IMG/VR virus record: IMGVR_UViG_3300021520_000002
Span: 186,001 to 250,000 of that record
DNA length: 64,000 nt
Strand: one strand, 5' to 3'
The notes below the pieces were generated by a model, which ran no database searches, had not been told where the DNA came from, and saw only the letters and a program-made list of their open reading frames with translations. Positions 63,899 through 64,000 of the stretch are shown here, one piece after another (position 1 is the first letter of the stretch; each line of letters starts with the position of its first letter). The position numbers and the translations under genes were made by a program.

Positions 63899-64000
63899 CT
63901 TATTAATTTCTATATGAAAAGCTTGAATATCAAAAAAAGAAAATAAACAAAGAACTTATGTGATATAAATATCACATAAATCCTTCGCCAGTCGGAGCAA

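Noticed and set aside
1-64000. Genome-wide TAG reassignment
   Set aside because: Conserved long genes are uninterrupted in the standard code, and TAG occurs at natural C-termini overlapping the next SD

Overview
AT-rich, gene-dense 64 kb segment of a jumbo bacteriophage genome using the standard genetic code. Almost all genes are on the minus strand up to a divergence point at about 58.2-59.0 kb. It encodes pieces of two distinct split multisubunit RNA polymerases, as in phiKZ/AR9-like phages: beta-N, beta-C, beta'-N and beta'-C of one enzyme, plus a second beta' with a GADHDGD active site interrupted by a group I intron carrying an HNH endonuclease. Other genes cover replication and nucleotide metabolism (class II RNR, NAD ligase, RecQ, SF2 helicase, FEN/5'-3' exonuclease, SSB-like, dUTPase, thymidylate synthase), a dispersed 7-deazaguanine pathway (FolE2, QueE, TGT/DpdA-like), virion proteins (PAAR, CBM-repeat, neck-like) and two tRNAs. 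Main signals missed by the ORF track: (1) an apparent amber-sensing translational attenuator (uORF M-T-amber...RSPP, three in-frame TAGs, hairpin hiding the next SD) in front of hypothetical protein, Pth2 and an amber-suppressor tRNA; (2) an ArfA/BrfA-like 58-aa ORF with a terminator before its stop codon; (3) a promoter-like motif ATATAGAAAT(T/A)AT, about 25 copies, heading at least six ORF-less structured RNA units, mostly in tandem pairs; (4) a strongly over-represented TGCCGA/TCGGCA word that also forms six 33-35 bp intergenic hairpins; (5) a 15-nt antisense copy of the intron core inside the intron. All calls were made by eye, without database searches.
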